Below, in pieces: positions 53,032-61,769 of a stretch of DNA of 64,000 nt; position 1 is the first letter of the stretch; every line of letters begins with the position of its first letter. The stretch is from NCBI GenBank assembly GCA_965207495.1, contig OZ242287.1, positions 2,780,880 to 2,844,879 on the forward strand. The letters are read 5' to 3'. Below the pieces are notes generated by a model. That model worked only from the letters and a program-made list of their open reading frames with translations. It made no database searches and was not told where the DNA came from. The stretch comes from Caldilineaceae bacterium (GTDB lineage: Bacteria > Chloroflexota > Anaerolineae > Caldilineales > Caldilineaceae). The position numbers and the translations under genes are program-made.

Positions 53032-53111
53032 CCACTTACTTGCCAACTGCAGGGACTGACTTTAGTCCCACCTCGATTGCTCAATTTATACCTGATTCTC
53101 AATCAGCACAA

Positions 53112-53140
53112 ATAATACTGAATCATATCGCCGTTGTCAA
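53112..53140 (-). promoter_or_regulatory. near-consensus sigma70-type promoter of the lysine cluster
   Basis: Minus strand TTGACA (53140..53135) - 17 nt - TATTAT (53117..53112), about 75-80 nt upstream of the leader ATG. Confidence 0.6.
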
Positions 53141-53240
53141 ATTCGACAACCCTCTGCGTGCATCCCCAAAAGGAAGTGAACTCATTTGTAACTTAGGTAT
53201 CGACAAGCCTCTCCCCCGTCCTCACATCCATCCTCAATAA

Positions 53241-53305
53241 ATCGCCCAATCACTGACCCCTGACCCCTGACCCCTGACCCCTGACCCCTGACCCCTGCAG
53301 TTCGG
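53241..53305 (+). repeat. modular intergenic repeat, copy D (heptamer array only)
   Basis: ATCGCCCAATCACTGA + five perfect CCCCTGA units (53257-53291) + CCCCTGCAG TTCGG. The 5' flank ATCGCCCA(A/T)TCACTGAC is shared with copy A (1815-1831). Confidence 0.9.
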
Positions 53306-53987
53306 CTCTCCGGGAATTGGCAGCCAGTTGACCAGAACCGGGTGAATAAAACAGGACAAAGGCCGAGTCAATTCGCTATGCTATGTCAGTGGGCCGCAAA
53401 GGAGCCCCTAACCCAACCAATAATCAGGAAAAATGCCAGGGATTCAGCACCGTATTCCCGTTCCACGAGCGTTGAGGGTGGAAGACCTTCAGTTCCTGGC
53501 ATCGGAGAGTCCAAGACAAGTGCAGCAGTCAACATGAGTAGCGCGCCTACACAAGCAGTCGGCAAACGGAAAAGGGCGCTTCTGTTCCATGGAATGCCTG
53601 CTCAGTTATTCGCCATCGGCGAACCCTTACCCTACTTTCCCGGTTCCGTTCAATCTATAGACGCCTTCATAAACGCATGCATTATGCAGGTTGGACATTT
53701 TCTATACGGCACAGCTACGTAGGGTTGTCGCCTACCTTTGTAGAAGTGCGATTCGCTCCACTCGGATGGGTCCAGGTGAAGGCTGAGCTACAGACACTTT
53801 TCGCCTGATTTACTCTGGTAGTCCGACAGTTCTGTGAGGCCTGTAACCCGCGATTTCGCTCCATTTTCCGAGGTCCGCCGCAAATGCACAACTGCTTGAC
53901 ACCTCCAATGTGGATAACATAAATTTTCACTGAGGATCGTGCGACATTTTGCGATAACACGTTAGGTAAAGGTGAGTCTTGGACCGA

Positions 53988-56900
53988 ATGAGGCAAAGGA
54001 CAGAGGCGCTACAAAGGCGGAAAGAGTTCCTGATCGGTTCACTGATCGGCCTCTGCGTCATGCTGCTTGCTTTGCTGGCGGCCGTCGTAACGCCGCGTCC
54101 CCGTGCCGCCCTGGCTCAGGACGCCCCGCGGGTAGCGATTTCTATAGGCGAAGCTACGCTGACCCAGGGAGACGTCACCTACGTCCATGCCGGATTCTAC
54201 AACATGCCCCAAGATCCCGATGACGCCACCGCATTCGGCACTATATCCTTCCGGTACTATTTTGATCGTAACTCTGACGGCTCTTGGACCAACGCAGACA
54301 ACTGCCTGACGGGGCTGGTCGGAAGTGACAAATATATCACCAACGCATATTGGAGATCCCCTTGGGACCACGGTCCACACCCTCTTGAACTTACAACGAC
54401 TTGCCCGGTCGGCGACTACAGGTTTCGGGTGGTCGTAACGGATAGGGACACCACCCCCCACACCAAACTTGTTACCAGCACACATGACTTCAGAGTAAAT
54501 GTAGGCCCCTCTGTGACAATCGAAATGCCGTCTGGTCCCTACTACCGCGGCACAGCTATCAATCCAACCATCAAATTCAATGACCTGGCACAAGGCGCCG
54601 ATTACACTTACAAGGGGCATCTGATGGCCAGGAACCCCTCCAACTATGCCGATGTCTGCGAAGGAACGGGGCTGGACAGACACAACAAATTCACTTTAGA
54701 TGATGTCTCCGGAAACCCAGTGCAAAAGTCGGTCACCATCACCGACAACTGTCCGGCAAATGAGTACTACATAGATGTCGTTTTGTACGACTCCGACAAC
54801 CGGAAGCGAGGATCGGACAGGAAAGAATTCGAAATCACTACGGATCCCAACGCCACTCCGTCCGTAAGCGTCAGCATGTCCGAGAGTTCCCCGGTCGCTC
54901 CAGGTACGGAATTCACCGTCACTTTCTCGTTTATGGATATTCAACCCGGCACTCAGACGAGGAATACCGATTATCTGACCAATACCAGCACAAATCAGGC
55001 AGTAGGCAGTATGGACTGCGGAGGGAGCCTGGTAGGATGGGGGCAGGACGTACAATCCGCGTTCACTAGCAACCCCTATGTAAATCGTGTGACGATTCCC
55101 TCCGACTGTCCCGCCGGCGCCTATAAGATGGTAAGCGAAATAGAGGACAGATTAGGAAATGACATTATTTCCGGTTCGATCGACTTCACCATCGGCGATC
55201 CAAATCTAACCCCAACCGCGCCAACTGTTTCCAATATGACGGCCAAACAGAATTCGCCGTTCAGCCAGCAGCTTCCCGAGGGAACCGGCGGCGACGGTAC
55301 TTTGACTTACAACGCGACCGGCCTGCCTACGGGTCTCACCTTCACGAGCTCAACGCGCACCATCGCCGGCACACCATCTGCCTCAGGAACATCCACCGTC
55401 AGATACACAGTCACGGATAGCGACAATGACTCGGACTACGTAGAATTCACGATCACGGTCGACCCAGATCTGACGCCTACCGCGCCAAGCGTTTCCGGTT
55501 ATACTGCAAAACAGAATACGCCATTCACCCAGCAACTGCCTGAGGGGAGCGGCGGAGACGGAACACTAACGTACGATGCAACGGGTCTGCCCGTAGGTCT
55601 AACCTTCATTGCCACAACTCGTACGATTACAGGCACGCCGACAGGCACAGGGTCATCTCCTGTCCGATACACGGTCACCGACAGCGACGGTGACTCGGCC
55701 CACGTTGATTTCAACATCACGGTTGAAGCCGATCTGACCCCTACCCTCCCCGCCATTTCAGGGTACAACATTAGGGTAGGCGTACAATTCACCCAGCAGC
55801 TGCCCGCGGCGACAGGGGGAGATACGCCTCTGGAGTACTCCGTCACAGATCTACCTCAAGGTCTCAGCTTTACCGAAGCGACGCGTACGATTACGGGCAC
55901 GCCAACAACCGCGGAAGCCCCCACAGTGACCTATACGGTTCGAGACAGTGACGGCGACGAAGTGAGTACGACATTTACAATCACAGTCGCCGCCGATCTC
56001 ATGCCGACGCTCTCAACCATATCGGGATATACGGCCAGAGTCGGGTCGCTATTCACTGAGGTGCTGCCGGCGGCGACAGGGGGCGACACGCCGCTGGAAT
56101 ACTCCGTGACAGACCTTCCCAACGGCCTCAACTTTATCGAGACGACGCGTACAATTACGGGAACGCCGACAGCAGTGGAATCTCCGACCGTGACCTACAC
56201 GGTGAGCGACGATGACGGCGACGAAGCGAGCGAAACGTTTACGATCGCGGTTGCAGCCGATTTGACGCCGTCACTTCCTTCGATAACAGGTTTCACGGCA
56301 ATGGTTGGCTCGCTGTTCAGCGAGGTATTGCCGGCAGCAACCAGCGGCGATACGCCGCTGGAATACTCCGTAACAGACCTTCCGAACGGCCTCAGCTTTA
56401 CCGAATCGACGCGGACCATCACGGGCACCCCCACAGCGGTGGGATCTCCGACCGTGACCTACACAGTGACCGACGACGACGGCGACGGAGACAGCAAGAC
56501 CTTTACGATCACAGTCGCAGCCGATCACATGCCTGCATTTGGCACCATTGCGGGCTATACGGCCAGAGTTGGGTCGCTGTTCACCGAGGTGCTGCCGGCG
56601 GCTACCGGGGGCGACACACCTCTGGAATATTCGGTCTCAGACCTACCCGACGGTCTCAGCTTTACCGAAACGACGCGTACAATTACGGGCACGCCGACAA
56701 AGGTGGAAGCCCCCACGGTGACCTATACGGTTCGCGACGATGACGGAGACGAAGGGAGTACGACCTTTACAATCACAGTCGCTGCCGATCAAATGCCGAC
56801 GCTTTCCACCATTTCCGGCTATACGGCCAGAGTCGGGTCGCTGTTCACTAAGGTGCTGCCGGCGGCGACAGGGGGCGATGCACCGCTGGAATACTCCGTG

Positions 56901-59900
56901 ACAGACCTTCCCAACGGCCTCAACTTTATCGAGACGACGCGTACAATTACGGGAACGCCCACGACAGAGGAATCCCCGACCGTGACCTACACGGTGAGCG
57001 ACGATGACGGCGACCAAGCGAGCGAAACGTTTACGATCGCGGTCGCAGCCGATCTGACGCCGTCACTTCCCACCATATCGGGTTACACGGCCAGAGTAGG
57101 TTCGCCGTTCAGTGAAGTGCTGCCGGCGGCAACAGGGGGCGATACGCCGCTGGAATACGCCGTAACAGACCTACCCAACGGCCTCAGCTTTACCGAATCG
57201 ACGCGGACCATCACGGGCACGCCGACAACCGTGGAATCACCGACCGTAACCTACAAGGTGCAGGACGATGACGGCGACGATGCGAGCAAGACCTTTACAA
57301 TCGCCGTCGCCGCCGATCTTCAGCCAACACTGGCGACCATAACCGACACCCACGCCAAGCTGACAAAACTGTTCACCCTTCAGTTGCCCGCTGGCACCAG
57401 CGGAGACGGCGACCTGGACTACAATGCAACTGGACTGCCTCCCGGTCTTACCTTCGTCACATCCACTCGAACGATCACAGGTACACCGACGACTGCCAAC
57501 AGATATGAAGTCACTTACACAGCAACCGATGAGGACGAAGACGTCGCGCGGCAGACGTTCTTCATCGAAGCATTCGCAATGCCTTCCCTGCAAGCGGTAC
57601 AAGACTTCATGGCAACGAAGGATGACGTATTCACACTCGTGCTAACCGCTGTCTCAGGCGGAAGGGCGCCGTTCGACTACGATGCCACCCCTCTGCCGAC
57701 TGACCTGTCTTTTGTGGAATCCTCACTGACCATCACTGGTACGCCGACAGTCATTGAAGACATCACCGTCACATTCTCAGTAGAGGACGAGGACGGAGAC
57801 ACGGCGAGCCGCGAATTCAAGATCACCGTCAGCGAGGGCGACACAGCACCTGCATTCCCCTACGAGATCCCCGACTTCGATCTGCGAGTGGGCAATCCTT
57901 TTGCGGTGACGCTGCCCAGCGCGACTGGCGGGAACGCCCCGTATACCTATACGATTTCAGGACATCCCAACACGCTCACATTCAATTTGGCCACCAAAAG
58001 ACTCGCTGGCACGCCCAACGCGAGCCAGACCGGCGTGCACCAGGTTACCTACACCGTGACGGACAGCGATCTCGACGAAGTATCACAGACTTTCGAGCTG
58101 GATGTCGCAGCAGACAACCAACCTTCAACACCGTCCATAGGCGACATGCACATGAAGGTCGGCAGTAGTCTGCGGGCGGAGTTGCCGGCAGGTACAGGCG
58201 GAGACCCACCCTATACATATACGATCTCGGCTTTGCCGTCCGGATTGACCTTCAACCTGACAACGCGAATCTTGTCTGGCAGGCCAAACTCGGCCGGCGC
58301 AACAACCGTAACATATACAGTTCTTGACAACGACAGTGACTCCGCTGCTAAAGATTTTACGATCAACGTCTATACACTACCGTCTCTGTCAAACGTCTCA
58401 GATTCGTCAGGAATGAAGGACGAACTATTCACCCTCACGCTTCCCACCGCTTCCGGAGGCAGGTCCCCGCTCGAATACTCCGTAACCGGTCTGCCAGCCG
58501 GCTTAGCGTTTATTGCAAGCTCGCGCGTCATTACCGGAACGCCGACCCAAGTCGAGATTGCAAACGTTACCTACACTGTTTCGGACAAAGACAACGATCG
58601 AGACAGCGTCACGTTCAAGATAACCGTGACCGACCTGGATCAAACTGTGGTCAACAATGGCGGCAACAATGGCGGCAACAATGGCGGCAACAATGGCGGC
58701 AACAATGGCGGCAACAACGGCGGCAACAATGGCGGCAACAACGGCGGCAACAATGGCGGCAACAACGGCGGCAACAATGGCGGCAACAACGGCGGCAACA
58801 ATGGCGGCAACCAGCAGAACCCGCCGGCACTGACCCTTTATGACTCGACAGGCTTCTCTGCCACCGTCGGAGAGCAATTCACACAGCAACTTCCGGCGGC
58901 AAATGGAGGAACACCACCCTACAGGTATAGCGTCTCCACCCTGCCCGACGGCCTGACTTTCAATAGCGGTACCCATACGATATCGGGAACGCCCACAACT
59001 GAAGGCGCGACGACCGTCACCTATACCGTGCATGACAGCAACTCCAATTCTGTCGGCGATGACTTCACAATTACAGTCAATGCAGCGCAAACCAACCCAC
59101 AGAGTCCCCAACCACTGACAGTCGTAGATGTGACAGGATTCACGGCGACAGTAGGGGAGCTATTCGAGCAGCAGCTGCCTTTTGCAAGTGGAGGTTCACT
59201 GCCATACGCATATAGGGTCACGACCCTCCCCGCCGGCCTGGACTTCATAATGTTAAGGCGTACCATTACGGGAACGCCCACGATTACGGGGACGACTGTA
59301 GTCACTTACACTGTGACCGACGGCGACTTTTTCTCTGCAAGCGACGCTTTCACCATAACCGTTCAGAGTGCCGGCAGTAACCAGGGCAGCGGCAATCAGG
59401 GCAGCGGCAATCAGGGTAGAGATAATCAGGGCGGCGGCAATCAGGGCGGCGGCAATCAGGGCGGCGGCAATCAGGGCGGCGGCAACCAGGGAGGCAGCAA
59501 CCAGGGAGGCAGCAACAAGGGCAATTCTGGCAACCAGGGTAACTCTAACAACAACAATCAGCAGAAATGGGTTCCACCGTCATCGTATTCGCCGCCTCCC
59601 CAGCAACAGTGGTCGCGCTCTGCCGTCCCGGTAGCAATTACCATCCCATCCTGGCTGAACGTACGCAGAGGGCCCGGGCTCGACTATGAGGTGATATCCA
59701 CGGTTTCTCAAGGAACTCGGGGAAACATCTACGGCAGGGACCCCGCTGACAACTGGTTCCAGGTCCAGATTGATCAAATAAGTAACATGGTGTGGCTCTG
59801 TCAGAACCTTGCCACCGTCGAAGGCTCTTTGGACAACGTACGATTGCTGGCACAGTGGGAAATCGATCTCATTCCCAAGCCGGCCGACGGCCCCGTGGCG

Positions 59901-61394
59901 ACTACAACGCCGGCAATTATGAACGTGCGCGCTGGCCCAGGGCTGACCTACGAAATTCTGACAACTGTGACCAAAGGGACGCAAGCAACTATCATTGGAA
60001 TCGGCCCTAACGCCGAGTGGTACAAAGTCACACTGGACGCAATAAACACGCCTGCCTGGATTTACGCAGGTCTGACAACGGTTGAAGGCTCAATTGGAGG
60101 CGTCAAACAGTACACGCAAGCAGAAGTCGACGCATTCACGTCAGCAAATGTCGACGGCTACGACTTAGCCAGTGCCAATGCAACGGACACGTGCAGCAGC
60201 AACCCAATCGCCGTCACCACCCCTGCGATTCTCAACGTACGCAAGGGCCCTGGTACAGAATACGAGATAGTTACAACCGTCGTGGCAGGCACGCGGGCAG
60301 AAATCATCGGAATCAACACGCAGGAGGAGTGGCTCCTGGTGGAGTTGGCAAGCCTGACCGAACCTGCCTGGATCTATAAAGACCTGACGACGGTGGTCGG
60401 CTCGCTTGCCGGGGTCACGCGAACTGATTCAGGACAGGTGAGTCAGCCCAACATCGTCACAGATACGGACCGTCCGATTGCCGTAACCTATCCGTCCCTG
60501 GTCAATATCCGTGTAGGCCCAGGCCTGACTTACCAAATCCTCAAAACTGTCGGCCAAGGTACTAGGGCCCAGATCGTGGGACTGAGTCCCGATGAGAACT
60601 GGTATCTGGTCGAAATCGACGGCTTGAGCCAACTGGGCTGGATTCGCGAGGACCTTACCGTACTCGTTGGGTCGCTGAACAATGTGAAGCGCATCACTGC
60701 TGCCGAAATCGCAATGCTGCCTGTCGCCATCGTTGACACGCCCATTCTCAACGTGAGGTCCGGTCCGGGCACTGGCTACGGTCTCGTGACGACGATTTCA
60801 CAGGGATCTTGGGTTCAGATTATCGGTGTCAACACACAAACCGACTGGTTCCAGGTAAAACTGTACGGCGTATCAGGTCAGACTTGGGTCTACCGCGATC
60901 TAACTAATCTCGCCGGACTCCTTGCCGGTGTGACCCAGATCTCCACAAGCACCGTGGTGGCGTCCGAATACTACCCTGATTTGCAGGCGACCACGATTCT
61001 GGAAGCAGCCTCTACTGTCGAGGCGACCACCACACAGCAGGTCGTCGTAAATGCGATATCCGTCGACCTTTCTCTTCCAGAAAACGGCAATATCGATCTC
61101 GATGTCAGCTGGACTGATGCAGATTTCTGTTCGGACCTCTACTCGATCTACTACAGGTCCAATTCCGACTCGACCACCTACTTCTCTTTGGAGAACGCCG
61201 TCATAGTAACGACCTCAACCTCGAAGAGCTTGAGCTTCCTCACACTGCCGAATAGAAGTCTGATTTCTGCCTGGTGCGGAACGCAAAACAGCGGTCGCCA
61301 AATCGCGGAAGTCCAGATCAACCCAAGTGAGGAAGGTACCTACAGTTCAATACCGACTCAGCAGGAAACAGGAACGGTAGCCACCGTACCCTGA
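53988..61394 (+). CDS. giant membrane-anchored surface protein: 3 Cys-paired Ig-like domains, 15 He_PIG/dystroglycan-type cadherin-like repeats, 2 Asn/Gly-rich linkers, 5 SH3b domains, C-terminal beta domain
   Basis: ORF 53979..61394 (TTG). ATG at 53988 preferred (AAGGTGAG upstream). N-terminal TM/signal anchor FLIGSLIGLCVMLLALLAAVV. Repeats carry the LPxGL(S/T)F..TRTITGTPT..TVTYTV.D.DGD motif. SH3b units read ..LNVR.GPG..YE...TV..GT.A.I.G...W..V. Confidence 0.85.
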   Translation: MRQRTEALQRRKEFLIGSLIGLCVMLLALLAAVVTPRPRAALAQDAPRVAISIGEATLTQGDVTYVHAGFYNMPQDPDDATAFGTISFRYYFDRNSDGSWTNADNCLTGLVGSDKYITNAYWRSPWDHGPHPLELTTTCPVGDYRFRVVVTDRDTTPHTKLVTSTHDFRVNVGPSVTIEMPSGPYYRGTAINPTIKFNDLAQGADYTYKGHLMARNPSNYADVCEGTGLDRHNKFTLDDVSGNPVQKSVTITDNCPANEYYIDVVLYDSDNRKRGSDRKEFEITTDPNATPSVSVSMSESSPVAPGTEFTVTFSFMDIQPGTQTRNTDYLTNTSTNQAVGSMDCGGSLVGWGQDVQSAFTSNPYVNRVTIPSDCPAGAYKMVSEIEDRLGNDIISGSIDFTIGDPNLTPTAPTVSNMTAKQNSPFSQQLPEGTGGDGTLTYNATGLPTGLTFTSSTRTIAGTPSASGTSTVRYTVTDSDNDSDYVEFTITVDPDLTPTAPSVSGYTAKQNTPFTQQLPEGSGGDGTLTYDATGLPVGLTFIATTRTITGTPTGTGSSPVRYTVTDSDGDSAHVDFNITVEADLTPTLPAISGYNIRVGVQFTQQLPAATGGDTPLEYSVTDLPQGLSFTEATRTITGTPTTAEAPTVTYTVRDSDGDEVSTTFTITVAADLMPTLSTISGYTARVGSLFTEVLPAATGGDTPLEYSVTDLPNGLNFIETTRTITGTPTAVESPTVTYTVSDDDGDEASETFTIAVAADLTPSLPSITGFTAMVGSLFSEVLPAATSGDTPLEYSVTDLPNGLSFTESTRTITGTPTAVGSPTVTYTVTDDDGDGDSKTFTITVAADHMPAFGTIAGYTARVGSLFTEVLPAATGGDTPLEYSVSDLPDGLSFTETTRTITGTPTKVEAPTVTYTVRDDDGDEGSTTFTITVAADQMPTLSTISGYTARVGSLFTKVLPAATGGDAPLEYSVTDLPNGLNFIETTRTITGTPTTEESPTVTYTVSDDDGDQASETFTIAVAADLTPSLPTISGYTARVGSPFSEVLPAATGGDTPLEYAVTDLPNGLSFTESTRTITGTPTTVESPTVTYKVQDDDGDDASKTFTIAVAADLQPTLATITDTHAKLTKLFTLQLPAGTSGDGDLDYNATGLPPGLTFVTSTRTITGTPTTANRYEVTYTATDEDEDVARQTFFIEAFAMPSLQAVQDFMATKDDVFTLVLTAVSGGRAPFDYDATPLPTDLSFVESSLTITGTPTVIEDITVTFSVEDEDGDTASREFKITVSEGDTAPAFPYEIPDFDLRVGNPFAVTLPSATGGNAPYTYTISGHPNTLTFNLATKRLAGTPNASQTGVHQVTYTVTDSDLDEVSQTFELDVAADNQPSTPSIGDMHMKVGSSLRAELPAGTGGDPPYTYTISALPSGLTFNLTTRILSGRPNSAGATTVTYTVLDNDSDSAAKDFTINVYTLPSLSNVSDSSGMKDELFTLTLPTASGGRSPLEYSVTGLPAGLAFIASSRVITGTPTQVEIANVTYTVSDKDNDRDSVTFKITVTDLDQTVVNNGGNNGGNNGGNNGGNNGGNNGGNNGGNNGGNNGGNNGGNNGGNNGGNNGGNQQNPPALTLYDSTGFSATVGEQFTQQLPAANGGTPPYRYSVSTLPDGLTFNSGTHTISGTPTTEGATTVTYTVHDSNSNSVGDDFTITVNAAQTNPQSPQPLTVVDVTGFTATVGELFEQQLPFASGGSLPYAYRVTTLPAGLDFIMLRRTITGTPTITGTTVVTYTVTDGDFFSASDAFTITVQSAGSNQGSGNQGSGNQGRDNQGGGNQGGGNQGGGNQGGGNQGGSNQGGSNKGNSGNQGNSNNNNQQKWVPPSSYSPPPQQQWSRSAVPVAITIPSWLNVRRGPGLDYEVISTVSQGTRGNIYGRDPADNWFQVQIDQISNMVWLCQNLATVEGSLDNVRLLAQWEIDLIPKPADGPVATTTPAIMNVRAGPGLTYEILTTVTKGTQATIIGIGPNAEWYKVTLDAINTPAWIYAGLTTVEGSIGGVKQYTQAEVDAFTSANVDGYDLASANATDTCSSNPIAVTTPAILNVRKGPGTEYEIVTTVVAGTRAEIIGINTQEEWLLVELASLTEPAWIYKDLTTVVGSLAGVTRTDSGQVSQPNIVTDTDRPIAVTYPSLVNIRVGPGLTYQILKTVGQGTRAQIVGLSPDENWYLVEIDGLSQLGWIREDLTVLVGSLNNVKRITAAEIAMLPVAIVDTPILNVRSGPGTGYGLVTTISQGSWVQIIGVNTQTDWFQVKLYGVSGQTWVYRDLTNLAGLLAGVTQISTSTVVASEYYPDLQATTILEAASTVEATTTQQVVVNAISVDLSLPENGNIDLDVSWTDADFCSDLYSIYYRSNSDSTTYFSLENAVIVTTSTSKSLSFLTLPNRSLISAWCGTQNSGRQIAEVQINPSEEGTYSSIPTQQETGTVATVP
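55725..57308 (+). repeat. six consecutive 264-nt (88-aa) He_PIG repeat units with a 792-nt higher-order periodicity
   Basis: Units start at aa 583, 671, 759, 847, 935 and 1023 (ORF-track numbering). Unit 4 vs unit 7 is about 93% identical in protein, 5 vs 8 about 85%, 3 vs 6 about 75%. Confidence 0.85.
58653..58811 (+). repeat. 12-bp in-frame microsatellite (AAYAAYGGCGGC) x ~13 encoding (NNGG)n
   Basis: AACAATGGCGGC / AACAACGGCGGC alternating perfectly. Encodes aa 1559-1611, NNGGNNGG.... Confidence 0.92.
59376..59564 (+). repeat. 15-bp in-frame tandem repeat encoding (NQGxG)n followed by an Asn-rich tract
   Basis: AACCAGGGCAGCGGC / AATCAGGGCGGCGGC units. Encodes NQGSGNQGSGNQGRDNQGGGNQGGG...NSNNNNQQ (aa 1800-1862). 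Confidence 0.9.
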
Positions 61395-61501
61395 ACGGCT
61401 TCGTTCTGCTGACCTCCTGGCCAGCACCTGTTTGCCAAAGTGGCCGCGAACTCTTTACAGCCAATTGCAAGTGCACCAGGAACCTGGCCCGGCTCAACCC
61501 A

Positions 61502-61537
61502 CAGCCCCCGCCAGTATATGGCGGGGGCTGCTGTTTT
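61502..61537 (+). terminator. intrinsic terminator downstream of the giant gene
   Basis: CAGCCCCCGCC-AGTATAT-GGCGGGGGCTG (11-bp perfect stem) followed by CTGTTTTG, about 108 nt after the stop. Confidence 0.8.
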
Positions 61538-61769
61538 GCCTCACAATTTGAACGAACTCAAGATGCGAACCAACATTTTCAGGATAGGAAGTACCGCCGG
61601 TCTGCCCAATCAAAATTCTATGCAAGCCGGCAAAGCGACTAACACCATTCTTAAGGCGAATGGTATGTGAATGCAAGGACGAAACGCTCTAGGTACACCG
61701 ACTACGCCCGTTTCAAATCCCGTACGACCCAGCCGAGAATTCGAATTGTCTAACGCATTCAATCTCAGC

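Noticed and set aside
52858-53110. L-box lysine riboswitch in the hcs leader
   Set aside because: The leader is only about 250 nt. I could not find the conserved L-box core strings or a five-helix junction. A mini-ORF plus terminator explains the layout more simply. This still needs a covariance-model scan.
53342-53722. 126-aa GTG-initiated ORF upstream of the giant gene; also 53715..53996 on the minus strand
   Set aside because: No RBS, no recognisable motif, and atypical composition. There is insufficient evidence to call a gene, so it is left as part of the unassigned gap.
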